Shown here: in pieces, positions 1 to 11,499 of the stretch
Position numbering within the stretch: position 1 is the first letter of the stretch
Layout: every line of letters begins with the position of its first letter
From: Octopus sinensis
Lineage: Eukaryota
Direction of reading: 5' to 3'
DNA length: 64,000 nt
Assembly (NCBI RefSeq): GCF_006345805.1
Contig: NC_043010.1
Span: 30,194,001-30,258,000, forward strand
Made by a program: the position numbers and the translations under genes
Notes under the pieces: generated by a model
What the model was told of the DNA's origin: nothing
Seen by the model: only the letters and a program-made list of their open reading frames with translations
The model's database searches: none

Positions 1-77
1 GACAGCACAGACTATATATATCAACAGTAGCAAACAATACTGTTTTCGTATGGACCAAAGTGTTTCCTTGACTACAG

Positions 78-103
78 GGATATCAGGGTGCCCTGATGAA
101 AAG
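78..103 (+). CDS. Possible 26-nt micro-exon, gene assignment and frame unresolved
   Basis: ttccttgactacag|ggatatc...gaaaag|gtgagt: good acceptor and donor; could not be chained to other exons. Confidence 0.25.
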
Positions 104-410
104 GTGAGTATCCTTTTAATATTAAATTAAACGATGTAATCAGAGAAAAAAAGGGCAGCGGCAATGACATTTCGCAAGACCTTCAAGACTTGTATAAGGA
201 GCCAAACATTAGCTTAAATACTAAAGCATCCAATGAGCAGATCACGGCGTTAAACAGAATGGAAAATTGAGTCTATCCCCAGATAAAGGAACGGTCATCT
301 GGCAGGCTCCTTTGGTAGCATTTCTTGTTTAGCCCCAGGTCACTCCTGTTTGAAAAGACCTATAACCAATGACGTTCTAGCCGTAACTATATCGCCATTT
401 TCAAACATTA

Positions 411-857
411 CGATGGTCGATTGAAAAGTTCATAATCTGACCAACTTACTCTCATGAAATGTGAGCAAATGAGGTATATTTTCAACATCGCACCCCTTGT
501 GGTTCACACACTACTTCCATCAGTGTTGCACTACTTGGATCCCATTGAGGAAGAAGACATCATCCTGTTGCTCAAAAAAGTCATCAACAGCAGATATGAC
601 GTCCTCATTATTGCGATACTGATCCCCAGTGTTTTTTCATGTTGGAGAACATATGATAGTCAGATGAGGCCAAGTCAAGAAACCTGGGAGGCTGTTCAAC
701 CAGTTCAAAACCACAGTCATTCACAGCAGCCATTGAAGCTTGTGTGCTGGAGCAGTGTCTTCATGAAACAAGACTACTTTCGTCAGTTTTCCTGGGTGTT
801 TGGTCTTGATAGCCTTTTCTAACAGCCCCAGCAAGTTGGTATAGTACTCTTCATTGA
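411..857 (-). mobile_element. Mariner transposon, 3' (C-terminal) fragment with terminal repeat next to TA
   Basis: Reverse complement of 750-857 matches the end of the mariner fragment at ~8770-8896 (..HEDNAPAH-like motif); ends at TA 409-410. The + strand ORF 454-822 is its antisense. Confidence 0.75.
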
Positions 858-1021
858 AACACAGTTACAAATAATCTTAACGATACATAACCTTACATGA
901 CATGTATACAATTATTAAGACGAAAATGTACATATACAAATGTATATATATATAAAATATAAATTAAATACAAGGTTGTTAGGGGAAAAGAGATATAGAC
1001 ATATAAACCGGTGTCTTCTCA

Positions 1022-1275
1022 CACGTGGAGGCACGTGGCTTAGAGGTTAGGGTGTCAGCATTATGATTGTAAGATTTTTTTTTTCGATTCCTGGACTGAG
1101 TGATGCGTTCTGTTCTTGAGCAAAACACTTCATTTCACGTTGCTCCAGTCCACTCAGCTGGCAAAAATGAGTAACGCTGCGATGGACTGGCGTCCCGTCC
1201 AGCTGGAGAACACATACGCCATGGAAACCGGGAAACCGGGCCCATGAGCCTGGCTAGGCTTTAAAAGTGCGCATT
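1022..1275 (+). mobile_element. tRNA-derived SINE
   Basis: A-box-like tggcttagaggtt and B-box-like ttcgattcc; same family as the - strand copy at 50595-50855. Confidence 0.75.
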
Positions 1276-1332
1276 TTATTATTTTTTTTATCTTCTCACA
1301 CACAATTTAAACAAAAATATCACACACACACA

Positions 1333-1383
<51 letters not shown>

Positions 1384-1624
1384 GCGCTCGCAGATTAGTA
1401 TTTAAAGTCGCATACATATGTATACATCGAAAGAGAAAAAACAGCAAACAAAAAGGATAATAAATAAATAAATCTAAAAAAGAACAGAAAAACTTATTCA
1501 TGGATTATTGTTATAATTTGAAATCCTAACAGTAAATATCTATAAGGCAAATCCTAACAGAAAATATCTATACGGCAAAGCAAATTACAATAGCATTTTA
1601 CTAAGTGAATATGTAATTTATGAA

Positions 1625-2610
1625 ACCGTGTTCTTGAGAAGTTATGTGTACTGGCCAACAATTGACCGTGACATTGAAGAACTAGTGAAAGCATGCAGAG
1701 GTTGTACCCTAGCTACAAAAGCAACCATCACTAAACGGCAACCGTGGCCAAAAACAGATACTCCGTGTTGATTATGCAGGTCCACTTAAGGGTTCATATA
1801 ACCTTGTTGTGGTGAACGGATTTTCAAAGTGTTCTGAAGTACATAAGTGTAAAAAGCCGACATCTGCGATTACAGTAAATTTTTTACACGAATTGTTCGT
1901 CTGATAATGAAACTCAATTTATTTCATAAAAGTTCAGAAAACTTTGTAAAATGTTAGTTATCGAACATGTGACCACTCCGCCGAATCATCCTAGGTCAAG
2001 TGGACAAGCGGAGCATTTTCTTGATACTTTTAAGACGGCTTTAAAAAAGGCGAACAATGGAGTAATGAATGACCTAGCACCTCAACAATTCCTAAGAGTG
2101 TACCGAGTAACACCTAATCCGAATACCCTGTCTGGAATGTCACCTGCGGAATTAATGTTTGCTAGAAAGATCAGATCCAACTTTGATAAGTTGATACTGA
2201 GTAAAAAAAGAAAAGTGGCGACCAACAAACATAACTCAAAATTCTTTAAGATAGGTGACAAGGTTGTTTTCAAAACGTATAGATATGGTAAATAAAAAAG
2301 CTGGGAGGACGGTGTAAACCTTAATCAAATTGGAAAAATATTATTCTTAGTAAAGGGAAAAAAATTTCGAACATAAAAGGCATATAAACTAACTTAAAAA
2401 AAGATTACGGTCACGAGAGATGAAATCCCCACGAAAGTATTGTACGATACGTTTGAGGTACTAACACCCAAACAAATTGAAAACCACACGTTCAAGTTCC
2501 AGAAAAAGGAAAAGAACGGGAATACTGGAATTAAACCCTGAGTGTAAAAGATATTAAAACTCTGGACGGAGTTTAATTCTCAAAAAGGGGTAAAGTTATA
2601 GAAGGCTAAT
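1625..2610 (+). mobile_element. Ty3/gypsy LTR retrotransposon integrase fragment with PPT, degenerate
   Basis: Translates to YVYWPTIDRDIEELVKACRGC (integrase Zn domain), DYAGPL..YNLVVV and HVTTPPNHPRSSGQAE..SPAELMFARKIR; purine tract aaaaagggg near 2581; same family as 57620-58600. Confidence 0.85.
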
Positions 2611-4909
2611 CCTCAACGTCGTCATAACATTATTGGCGATGAGATATTCAAACTCTCGAAGACATAGCACATAATACATACATACATACATACATACATA
2701 CATACATACATTTATATACATTTATATAGAACATATATTTCCACTTGCACAGGCACAATTTTTAAAAAAGGAAGTCTTTTCTGTTTGGCTCCACTTTTTG
2801 AAATTTTAAAATTAAGTGAAAAGTTTCAAATTTTGTATATTGATGAAATTTTTTTCACGCTGAATCTAATGTTGTTATTAACTTATTGCAGAAAAATAAT
2901 TTTAAAAAATGTTACTGAGGTTTAAAGTTTGATAATTTTTACTCACTCAGAAAATAAGATTTGGAAGCTGGCATTTTGTGTGTGATGAGACGACGACTGA
3001 TAAAACATTCAAGGCATGTTATCAAAAACAAAAAAAATCTGAAACTGAACGTTAGATTGTGCAAAAACAAATAGAACGTTAAATTACACAAAAAAGCACC
3101 TCAAAAAGTCTGTATTTCAGCTCATGTAAGCAATACATATTTTGTAGCGAGAAGGTTAAATTAGAAAAATATCCGTTCGTTTCTCAGACAGCAATAAACG
3201 TGTAAAAGCACGAAAGCACAACATAAACAACACGTGCTTAGACAGGATAGCAACAAATTGGCTTGTTACTATGGAAACAGGCATCAATGTCTGTGGCTTT
3301 CGATTGGCAAAAATTACGCAATATTTGTAAAATTTAGAAATTATTAACTTTTTATTTATTCATTTATAGCAAAAATTTTAATTTCCATAGCATACTAAAT
3401 ACACCGAATTTGAAATCAAGAAAATGAAAGGAATTGACAAGCCAAAGAGAAAAGATCCCAAAAAAGCTACTAATGTTTTCATTCAGTACAGATACAATAA
3501 TCTGGCACATTTGTACAACATGCCATGTGCCTTCAAGCAATCTTACAGGCTCAGTGCTTACTTACCGTTATACCAATTTGAAAACGAGGACGCTGATGAG
3601 AAGGAAAAAAAAACGCGAAGAGGGTTGATGCAGAAAGCAGAACAAGAATAAAGACAAGAAGACTAAGATCTTCGATCCTTTTATCTGTAGAAATCATAAT
3701 TAATCTAGCTGGTATAAAATGATATAACGGAGTGGAGGCCAATGCCTGTGAGATAGCCACTCAGTCAGGTGATGATGGTGTTCTCCAATTCGACAAAAGA
3801 AATTTGACCATGTGCTTGTATTTGCTAAAAGTTTCGGATCAAGAATTAAGTAGTACGGTGGAATTCTTGAATCTAAAAAGGAAGATGCGATTTTTCAGCG
3901 ACGCATGACTTGGACTTCTTTGATCCGTTTATATATGATGTACATTTTCCCACGATTCTCCAATTGATTTTATGTGGTTTTCAGATCCCATACGTACATG
4001 GCTAGTCAACTAAGTAGCTTTGTTTTTATCGATGTGTCGTTAAGAAGACTGGTAGTTTGCATAACGGCTTTTCAAATTACCTTCACATAAACCGAAATAA
4101 TTTTTCTCCTTGATTATGTTGCCTTGGAGCACGGCTGTAACTTAGGCTTCTCAAACTGCCTTTATCAAGCACCCCTGATCAAGCGGGTAAGCTTCAGGAT
4201 CTCAACAGTTACAACTGAGAGTACACTCTTGGTGTGACTTCGAGTGATAAGATCCTTACATTTCTTTCTTTCTTTCTTTCTTTCTTTTTGCTCCACTTTT
4301 TGCATCAACCTTCTTCGCATTTTCTTCCCGTTTTTCTTCAAATTAGTCTAACGGTATACATTGAACCTGAAAGATTGCTTCAAGACACAAGGCATGTTAT
4401 ATAAATATGTCAGTTTATGTCCTTGCTTCAGCTTATATAAAATCCCATGTTATGTAAAAAAAAAAAACAGAATCCTAGCTTAGCACTTTCATAAAATATA
4501 GATCCTTAAAACGGAACGAATTACTGGCGTCCTACAAATAGACACGCACAAAAACTAGCTGTGCCCCATTATGGGGGCAGTGCAACAGCTTTTCAATTAC
4601 GCGATTGAAACACCATACTTTGAACCGAGACATAAATCATGGTCTCGGTTGAATTTATTTTGCTTGTAGAACAAGACTAAGGAGCTTCAATAAGCAGCTT
4701 CTCGATCTTCTACGAATAACAACAATCTTTATGAAAAGAATGAAACATTGGGTATGAAACAAATAGGATGGTTATGGGTGGAATGGTATTGATTATAGAT
4801 TTAGTTCATCATTGTTGACCTAAGAACATATAAAAATTAAGGCATGTAGGTAGTACCCCTAATCTGTTGGTCAGTTAAACATCACCACTTGGTCATAGGG
4901 TACCTTAAG

Positions 4910-5049
4910 CGGAATCCTATTTGTTACAAGTAATCAGAAGTATCTGGCGTGAAGATGACTCTATATCGTTATGCACTGCTTTCTACAGCGGAGAATATTC
5001 TCGCTATTTTGCCAACAGTTACAGAAATCTTAAGAATATAACTATTATG
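4910..5049 (+). CDS. Exon (phase 1-0) of multi-PLAT-like gene: ESYLLQVIRSIW...RNLKNITIM
   Basis: ccttaag|cg acceptor, open frame, atg|gtacgg donor; joins in frame to 5149. Confidence 0.45.
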
Positions 5050-5148
5050 GTACGGCTCTTCTACGCTTCTGACTAAGTTAAAAAATGAATAATAATATCG
5101 ATTTTACTGTTCTTTCAGTGTTATTCACTCGAAATTCTTCTTTTTCAG

Positions 5149-5224
5149 TTCGATATCAATGTCTACCAGAGATTCAACCAGTACTTGATCAATTATCGGC
5201 CCTCAAATTCCTGTGAGATTACTG
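5149..5224 (+). CDS. Exon (phase 0-1): FDINVYQRFNQYLINYRPSNSCEIT
   Basis: ttctttttcag| acceptor, actg|gtaata donor, 76 nt open, phase matches the 6509 exon. Confidence 0.6.
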
Positions 5225-6508
5225 GTAATAATAAAAAATTGTTTTTGATTTTTAATCTTTCAAATTATGGGAAAGCGATTGGTAACGTTAATGCTGGTGT
5301 TTTACTTTTGTTGGTAGTAATGCTGGTGTTAGTGTTGGTGCGTTGGACATCTGAAAATATTGCTCTTACATTTCCAGTTAATCTGAATCATTCAGAGTTA
5401 CTATCTTTTCCAGCAATACGTACTCTTGTCTCTTCAAAGAGTAATCACTAGGCAGAGATTCAGGTTCTGCTACCCATACCACCTCAATGCATACTTGCAC
5501 AGATCAACAGCTTATTAATTTGACTCCAGTACTTGACATGTACTTTTAGCGAACTCTAGTACTTTTGTTGACTCCTGTACTTGGCATGTACTATTTTATC
5601 AAGCTTTCATCAAAGAATGGAAAGTAAAGTTTCATTTAGAGAGATATGAAATCAGAAGACAACGAGACAGAAGAAACAGCGTGAGCTATTTCGCCCGACG
5701 CTTTAACAATTGTGTCATTCCACTTGCCGCATTCTCTGCTGACTAAGCTTTATTTTCAAAATATTAGTTATCTACCATGAGCTTACAGATTAATCCTCCA
5801 GAAAATAATAAACGATTTAAATCCATACTATCTATACAATGCTCCCGACACATCTCTAGAAATACAGTATTAAAATCTGCTCAGAAATAATTTGCCGAGT
5901 GTGAATAAAATCTCCACCTGGTTGTGGACGCTTCTATGAGATGAGTTTAATGTAATTTGGATTATTCCATATCAGACACCACACGTAGTCGATAGGCAGT
6001 AGGTATGGCTGCGTGATTAAGCTGTCTGCTTAACAACCACGTGGTTTTGAGTTAGATGCCACCATGCGGCTCTTAAGACAAGTGTCTATTTACCATAGCT
6101 TCAGGTGGAAATTGATAGACGGAAACTTCGGTGGAGTTTATGAGTGGAATTTGATAAATTGAATCTTTTTGAAAGCATGTAAGAAGGACCATGATTTATA
6201 CATATAAGATGTTGCTTAATTTAACAGCATCACTTCCTCTGGTGTATTTAACAGTTCCATTTTGTTGCTTGTATTTAGGCTCACTCTGAGAATAACTTAT
6301 CCCTTCTTTCGTCTGTCTTGAATGTCCTAAAGAAATTATAGACACTGCTTTTCGTTTTCTGACTGCACTGATAATGAAGATAACAGGTTCATTTCATTGT
6401 TGATTCTGATTTACATTTAACTCCAAACACTATACCTTAGGTTAAAATACACTGACAGATTTACTGATGAAGCAAAACTTATGCTATATTTTCCTCCACT
6501 TCTTACAG

Positions 6509-6729
6509 ATGCTGAGTTTAGACTGATGCTGGTAGTAATTAAAACAAATTTCAGCAAAGCAGATTATACAAGCAGCTGGTATTTTCGATTAAATGGCGAG
6601 CTTGAATTCAGTTTTCAAGGAATAACACCCGGTAGGACTCAAATATTCTTGGTCCCTAAAGTACAGTATCACAGTATAAGTTCACTGGAAGTCTCAGTAT
6701 CATGGCGGAGCAATTTCATTTTAAATGAG
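6509..6729 (+). CDS. Exon (phase 1-0), PLAT-like module: DAEFRLMLVVIK...SNFILNE
   Basis: cttcttacag| acceptor, gag|gtaagt donor, 221 nt open (within ORF 6481-6771). Confidence 0.75.
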
Positions 6730-7067
6730 GTAAGTATGTACAGCCAAAACTTGAAATGGTCAATTAGATAAGGCTTAAAGCCAAACTATTCATAGAACCA
6801 AACTACTCATAGAACCAAACTATATAGCATTATACAATTATAAATAACCACTTGAGCAAGAAAGATTCGTGAACTAATGCCGTTGCATTAAGCGTGTGGT
6901 GTATTCGTTACAGCTTCAAAGTAACAAAAGAAACTTTCTGTGCATGACTGTGATGCATCGTTCATTGTAGTTGGTTTCATTTACTGAGACTCTCAGAATT
7001 GTTTCTAACTATTAAATGTTTCTATGGGCTTGGTTCATATTCAGGAATATATATGCACATACATAAA

Positions 7068-7105
<38 letters not shown>

Positions 7106-7187
7106 CATACATACATACTACATACATACATACATATAAATGTACGTACACTATGTATGTATGTATGTATATATGCATGTATGTATG

Positions 7188-7238
<51 letters not shown>

Positions 7239-7258
7239 ATGTGTGTCTGTGTGTATAC

Positions 7259-7296
<38 letters not shown>

Positions 7297-7349
7297 CATC
7301 TATCTTCATACATTGTATATACATACACCATATATATATATATATTATA

Positions 7350-7391
<42 letters not shown>

Positions 7392-8099
7392 GTCATAAAT
7401 TGCACACACACATACACGCACATGCACACATACACACACACACACACGAATATGTATATATGGATAAATAGACAGATACAGATATATTGATATATGAGGT
7501 AAGTAATACGGGAGGCAATAGAAAAATGTGTATTATGTTTGGGTGTGAAATGCTATAATGTTGAAGAAAGTTATGAACAAGAGAAGGGAAAGAGGGCACA
7601 ACACAATGCTGGTGCAAGAACAAAACAAGAGTTTTAATTCTGTGAGTGAATAAAAATAGTAAGGTACGTAAAGGAGCAAGAGGAATGCGACAGAAGTGAA
7701 GTTAGAGTGAGATGGAAAATGAAAGGAGAGAAAAAAGAATAATTAGAGAAATGAACAAACTAGTTCATGAAGTGAAGAGAAAGTGGGAAAAAATTAAGAG
7801 AACTGAGTAAGAATTGGAGGGTAAATATTATACTAAAACTGACAAAAATATAACATACATAAATGAAATAAATAAATAAATGCTACGTTCGAATTTATAA
7901 TAAAGGGAGATGGGAATTTCACCCGAGTCTACGCTACAAAGTGGTACGAGAATTGGTTGAAATGTTAATAGACTGACTATGAAGGAGTCATGCTAGAGTC
8001 ATGCATTAGTTTCAACCAGCTTATTAATAACTGCATTGTTTCTTCCTATGTAAACTGACATATGACTATTCAAGAAAGACTTCAAATGTAGCTACGAGT

Positions 8100-8896
8100 G
8101 ATTTCCCTTGAAAATCGATAAAATTAGGCATCTTGGTGTTATCAAGTATCTGCGAAAAAAAGGACATTTACTCTGAAGGACATTCACGCTGACATGGTTG
8201 CTACATTAGGGGATGATGCCTCAGCTTTATCAACACTGCAAAAGTGGACAGCTGAATTTAAGAGGGGAAGGGAGAGTTTCGAAGATGATCCAAGGTTTGG
8301 ACGTCTTGCAACAACCATCATCGAGGACAACATTGATCGTGTTCACCACATACTGATGGATGACATTCGATTGATTATAAATCAAAGAGTCAGTGTTATT
8401 AGCATATCCCGTGAGAGGGTTGAGAATATTCTGCAATACGAACTTGGCACGACAAAGGTTTCTACTCGGTAGATGCCACCTCTTCTGACACCTGATCAGA
8501 AGTGCACCAGAGTGATCATGTGAGAAAATCTGACATTGTTTGAGGCAGAACTAGCTGGTTTCCTTGAAAGTTTCCTAAACCAGGATGAGTGCTGAGTTGA
8601 TGACTTTGGGTCAGAGACAAAGAGACAATCCAAGCAGTGGAAACACTCCGTCTCACCTGCTCCAAAGAAGGCCAAGGTTGTCTCATCTGCAGTGACGGTG
8701 ATGGTCACAGTTTTTTGGGACACAAAAGGCATTGTGCTTATTGACTATTTTCAAATTGGTCACACCATCAATGGAGAGTACTGTGCCAACTTGCCAGGGC
8801 AGTTAGAAAGGGCTATCAAGACCAGGAAAACTGACGAAAGTGGTCTTTTTTCATGAGGACAATGCTCCAGCATAAAAGTCTTTGGTTTCAATGGCT
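8100..8896 (+). mobile_element. Mariner transposase, N-terminal two-thirds, degenerate
   Basis: DMVATLGDDASALSTLQKWTAEFKRGRESFEDDPRFGR (HTH), QSKQWKH.....PKKAK, VMVTVFWDTKGIVLIDY, HEDNAPA; stops and frameshifts. Confidence 0.85.
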
Positions 8897-9112
8897 AAGG
8901 ACCGAAGTTCGCGAGAGAAAAATTAATTTCTGCTCAAGACGGAGACGGGAGTCTGTGGTGATACACTGTTGAACTCTAGTTCGAATACAGATAGATGCTG
9001 AAAAGAATGACCAACCGAGCGGAAGTGGCGTGAGACCGGAGTATCAACCCCAAGTCTTATATCGTGTAATTTTTCGGCAAAACGGTCAGCGAGGTATCAT
9101 TCAGTTTGTATG

Positions 9113-9172
9113 TATGCATCTATGTATGTATGTATGTATGTATGTATGTATGTATGTATGTATGTATGTATG

Positions 9173-9234
<62 letters not shown>

Positions 9235-9263
9235 CCTACCTATCTACCTATCTACCTATCTAC

Positions 9264-9323
<60 letters not shown>

Positions 9324-9335
9324 TTATCTATCAAT
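9113..9335. repeat. (TATG)n-(TATC)n microsatellite
   Basis: Direct reading. Confidence 0.95.
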
Positions 9336-10716
9336 CTTGGGACGAGATAACGAGTAGGGTGTCCACCCTCGCCCGGCAATGGGCCGAGAAGAAGCCGTCC
9401 CTAAAAAGTCGGGTGGAGGTAGCGAACGCATACACTGCGCCCGTCATCTACAACCGCCTGACCGTTGTGCCTTGTTTCGGCCCTATCATCACCAAACTGG
9501 AACGCATCCTCTTCCGCTTCTTGTGGAAAAGAAGCGTTCCGATGGTCAGGCAATCTGTTTGCTGCCAACTCCAGCTAAAAGAGGGCTGGGTATGCCGTGG
9601 TTGATGATACGCAGACACGCGCTGAAACTGCGATATCTCCGGCTCTACGTAGACAATGGTGACAGGTGTAGTCGCCGTTTGTGAGGCCCGCTTTTCCGCT
9701 GCTCGTCTCCATGACCGAACTGCAGTCGTGGATCAAAAAAAGACCGAGGAAGGGCGAATGGCACGGCGAGTGTCGCGTTGCTCTCGAGTAACCTTGCCGT
9801 CCGGGTCGACCTTGAGCGACTGCATCACCACGAAAGCATTCTATTGGGGATTAGTGGAGGGGAGATATGACGACGATCTCGGGGCGAACCTGGGCGTTGA
9901 TGAGGAATATCTGACCCGCCTGTTCAAGACGACTTTCGGGCCGGGACCTATGGACGACTTCCAGAGATCCCTGGCCTGGCAGTGCTACCCGTTTGGGATG
10001 AGCTCTACAGGCATGGCTCGAGAAGCACCGAGATGCGGTCAGAGCGACGAAACCGTTCTGCACGCACTCGTGCAGTGTCCAACCATTTCCGACCTGTGGG
10101 CTTATGTCGAACGAATGCTATCGTGTGTGGGACGAGTCAGTTTATCAGCCGAGTCTATCGTCAATATTGTCGCGCCTCCTTCCATCAAACGAGAAGGAAG
10201 AGCCATTTTTATCGTACTTGTGGCTATGGCGAAAGAATGTGTATGGTGGACGTGTCTGAAAGGCCTAGAGACAAACATTTTCCTCTCTGGTCAATCTCTC
10301 GTCAACTTCTTCAAGTATCACTTGAAAAGGAAGGTGAGAGTAGAAAGGGAAGTTTTGTCTAGCGAATGTTTCAATAAAAGATGGGCGAATGTAGCAAGGA
10401 TGGCACGTGTGAATGACGGAGCAACCTTGAGCATAATCCTATGAACCAGAAAAAGAAAGGAAAAAAGAGAGTAACTTACTGTAATGTGCTTTTGTATGAC
10501 ATTATTGCCCGAGGTTACCGTGGTATTTTCCGTAGGCTTTTCTTTCCACGGATAAACCTAATCTGTTTTTTTACATTTACGATATTTTCTATGATACACG
10601 ATCCCTTTTGATCGCCTTTTTTTTTCACGATCTCTTTTGATCAAAATTTTTTCTCCTTTTTTTTCTTTTTTCAAAAAGAAAAAGCTCTACATTAGCCTGA
10701 GTGGCTAATAAAGAAA
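9336..10716 (+). mobile_element. 5'-truncated Tx1-like (L1 clade) LINE: ORF2 C-terminus plus 3' UTR
   Basis: KLERILFRFLWK..GLGMP, zf-RVT-like CGQSDETVLHALVQCP, NFFKYHLKRKVRVERE; A-rich end ctaataaagaaac. Confidence 0.85.
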
Positions 10717-10717
10717 C

Positions 10718-10866
<149 letters not shown>

Positions 10867-11107
10867 TTTCTGCAAAAAGTATGAGCATTGACAAACATAC
10901 CAATAAACCGGTGCTTTCCAATGAAAACTCCTTGTGATATTTCTTCCCTCGCCGGAATGTCACAGACGTCTTTGTAAATGTCACCAGTAGAAATTCAGTC
11001 AAACCTGCAGCTAACGATATTTTTGTTAACAGAATGTGATATGAATTAAATAAAAGCAATAATAAATACATTTATTTAATAATTTAAAGCTGCTTGAATA
11101 TTTTCAG

Positions 11108-11192
11108 ATCCTCCTATCTAAAGAGTTTTCCTTTGAGAAACGATTTGTGCATTTTGAATTACTCACAAGACAAATATATTATGTTAATAAAG
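11108..11192 (+). CDS. Exon (phase 0-1): ILLSKEFSFEKRFVHFELLTRQIYYVNK
   Basis: tattttcag| acceptor, aaag|gtaagt donor, 85 nt open, phases bridge 6729 and 18032. Confidence 0.75.
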
Positions 11193-11499
11193 GTAAGTAC
11201 TTTCTATCTCATGCATACACACACAACACACATACACACACAACACACATACACACAACACACACATACACACAGATAGATACTTAAATTCACATACAAA
11301 ATATCTGGTGCACATAACTCAATTCGTGTACCAAAACTGCAATATAATTCTCTGTCAGAATCTGAGCAGTGTGTTGGTCACAGCAATCGGTACTCATTCA
11401 TAAAAGTCCGACCTCTATTTCTAGTTATGGATATCATGGCTAGACTATACTTCACTCACGATGTCAAATAAGACCCAAACATGTCTATAGATGACAGCA

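Noticed and set aside
454-822. 122-aa + strand ORF
   Set aside because: Antisense frame of a mariner transposase fragment
1022-1100. tRNA-like A/B boxes at SINE heads
   Set aside because: No cloverleaf; they continue into SINE bodies, so they are not tRNA genes
3420-3900. Cys/His- and Lys-rich decayed reading frames within a 2760-4400 repeat-like block
   Set aside because: Probably a DNA transposon remnant, but no diagnostic motif or terminal repeat could be assigned
7012-7490. Long Y/I/H/T/C/V/M-rich ORFs here and at 20642-21340, 23335-24588, 31463-32560, 46350-46629 and 53398-54129
   Set aside because: Translations of (TA)n, (CA)n, (TATG)n and (TATC)n microsatellites, not genes
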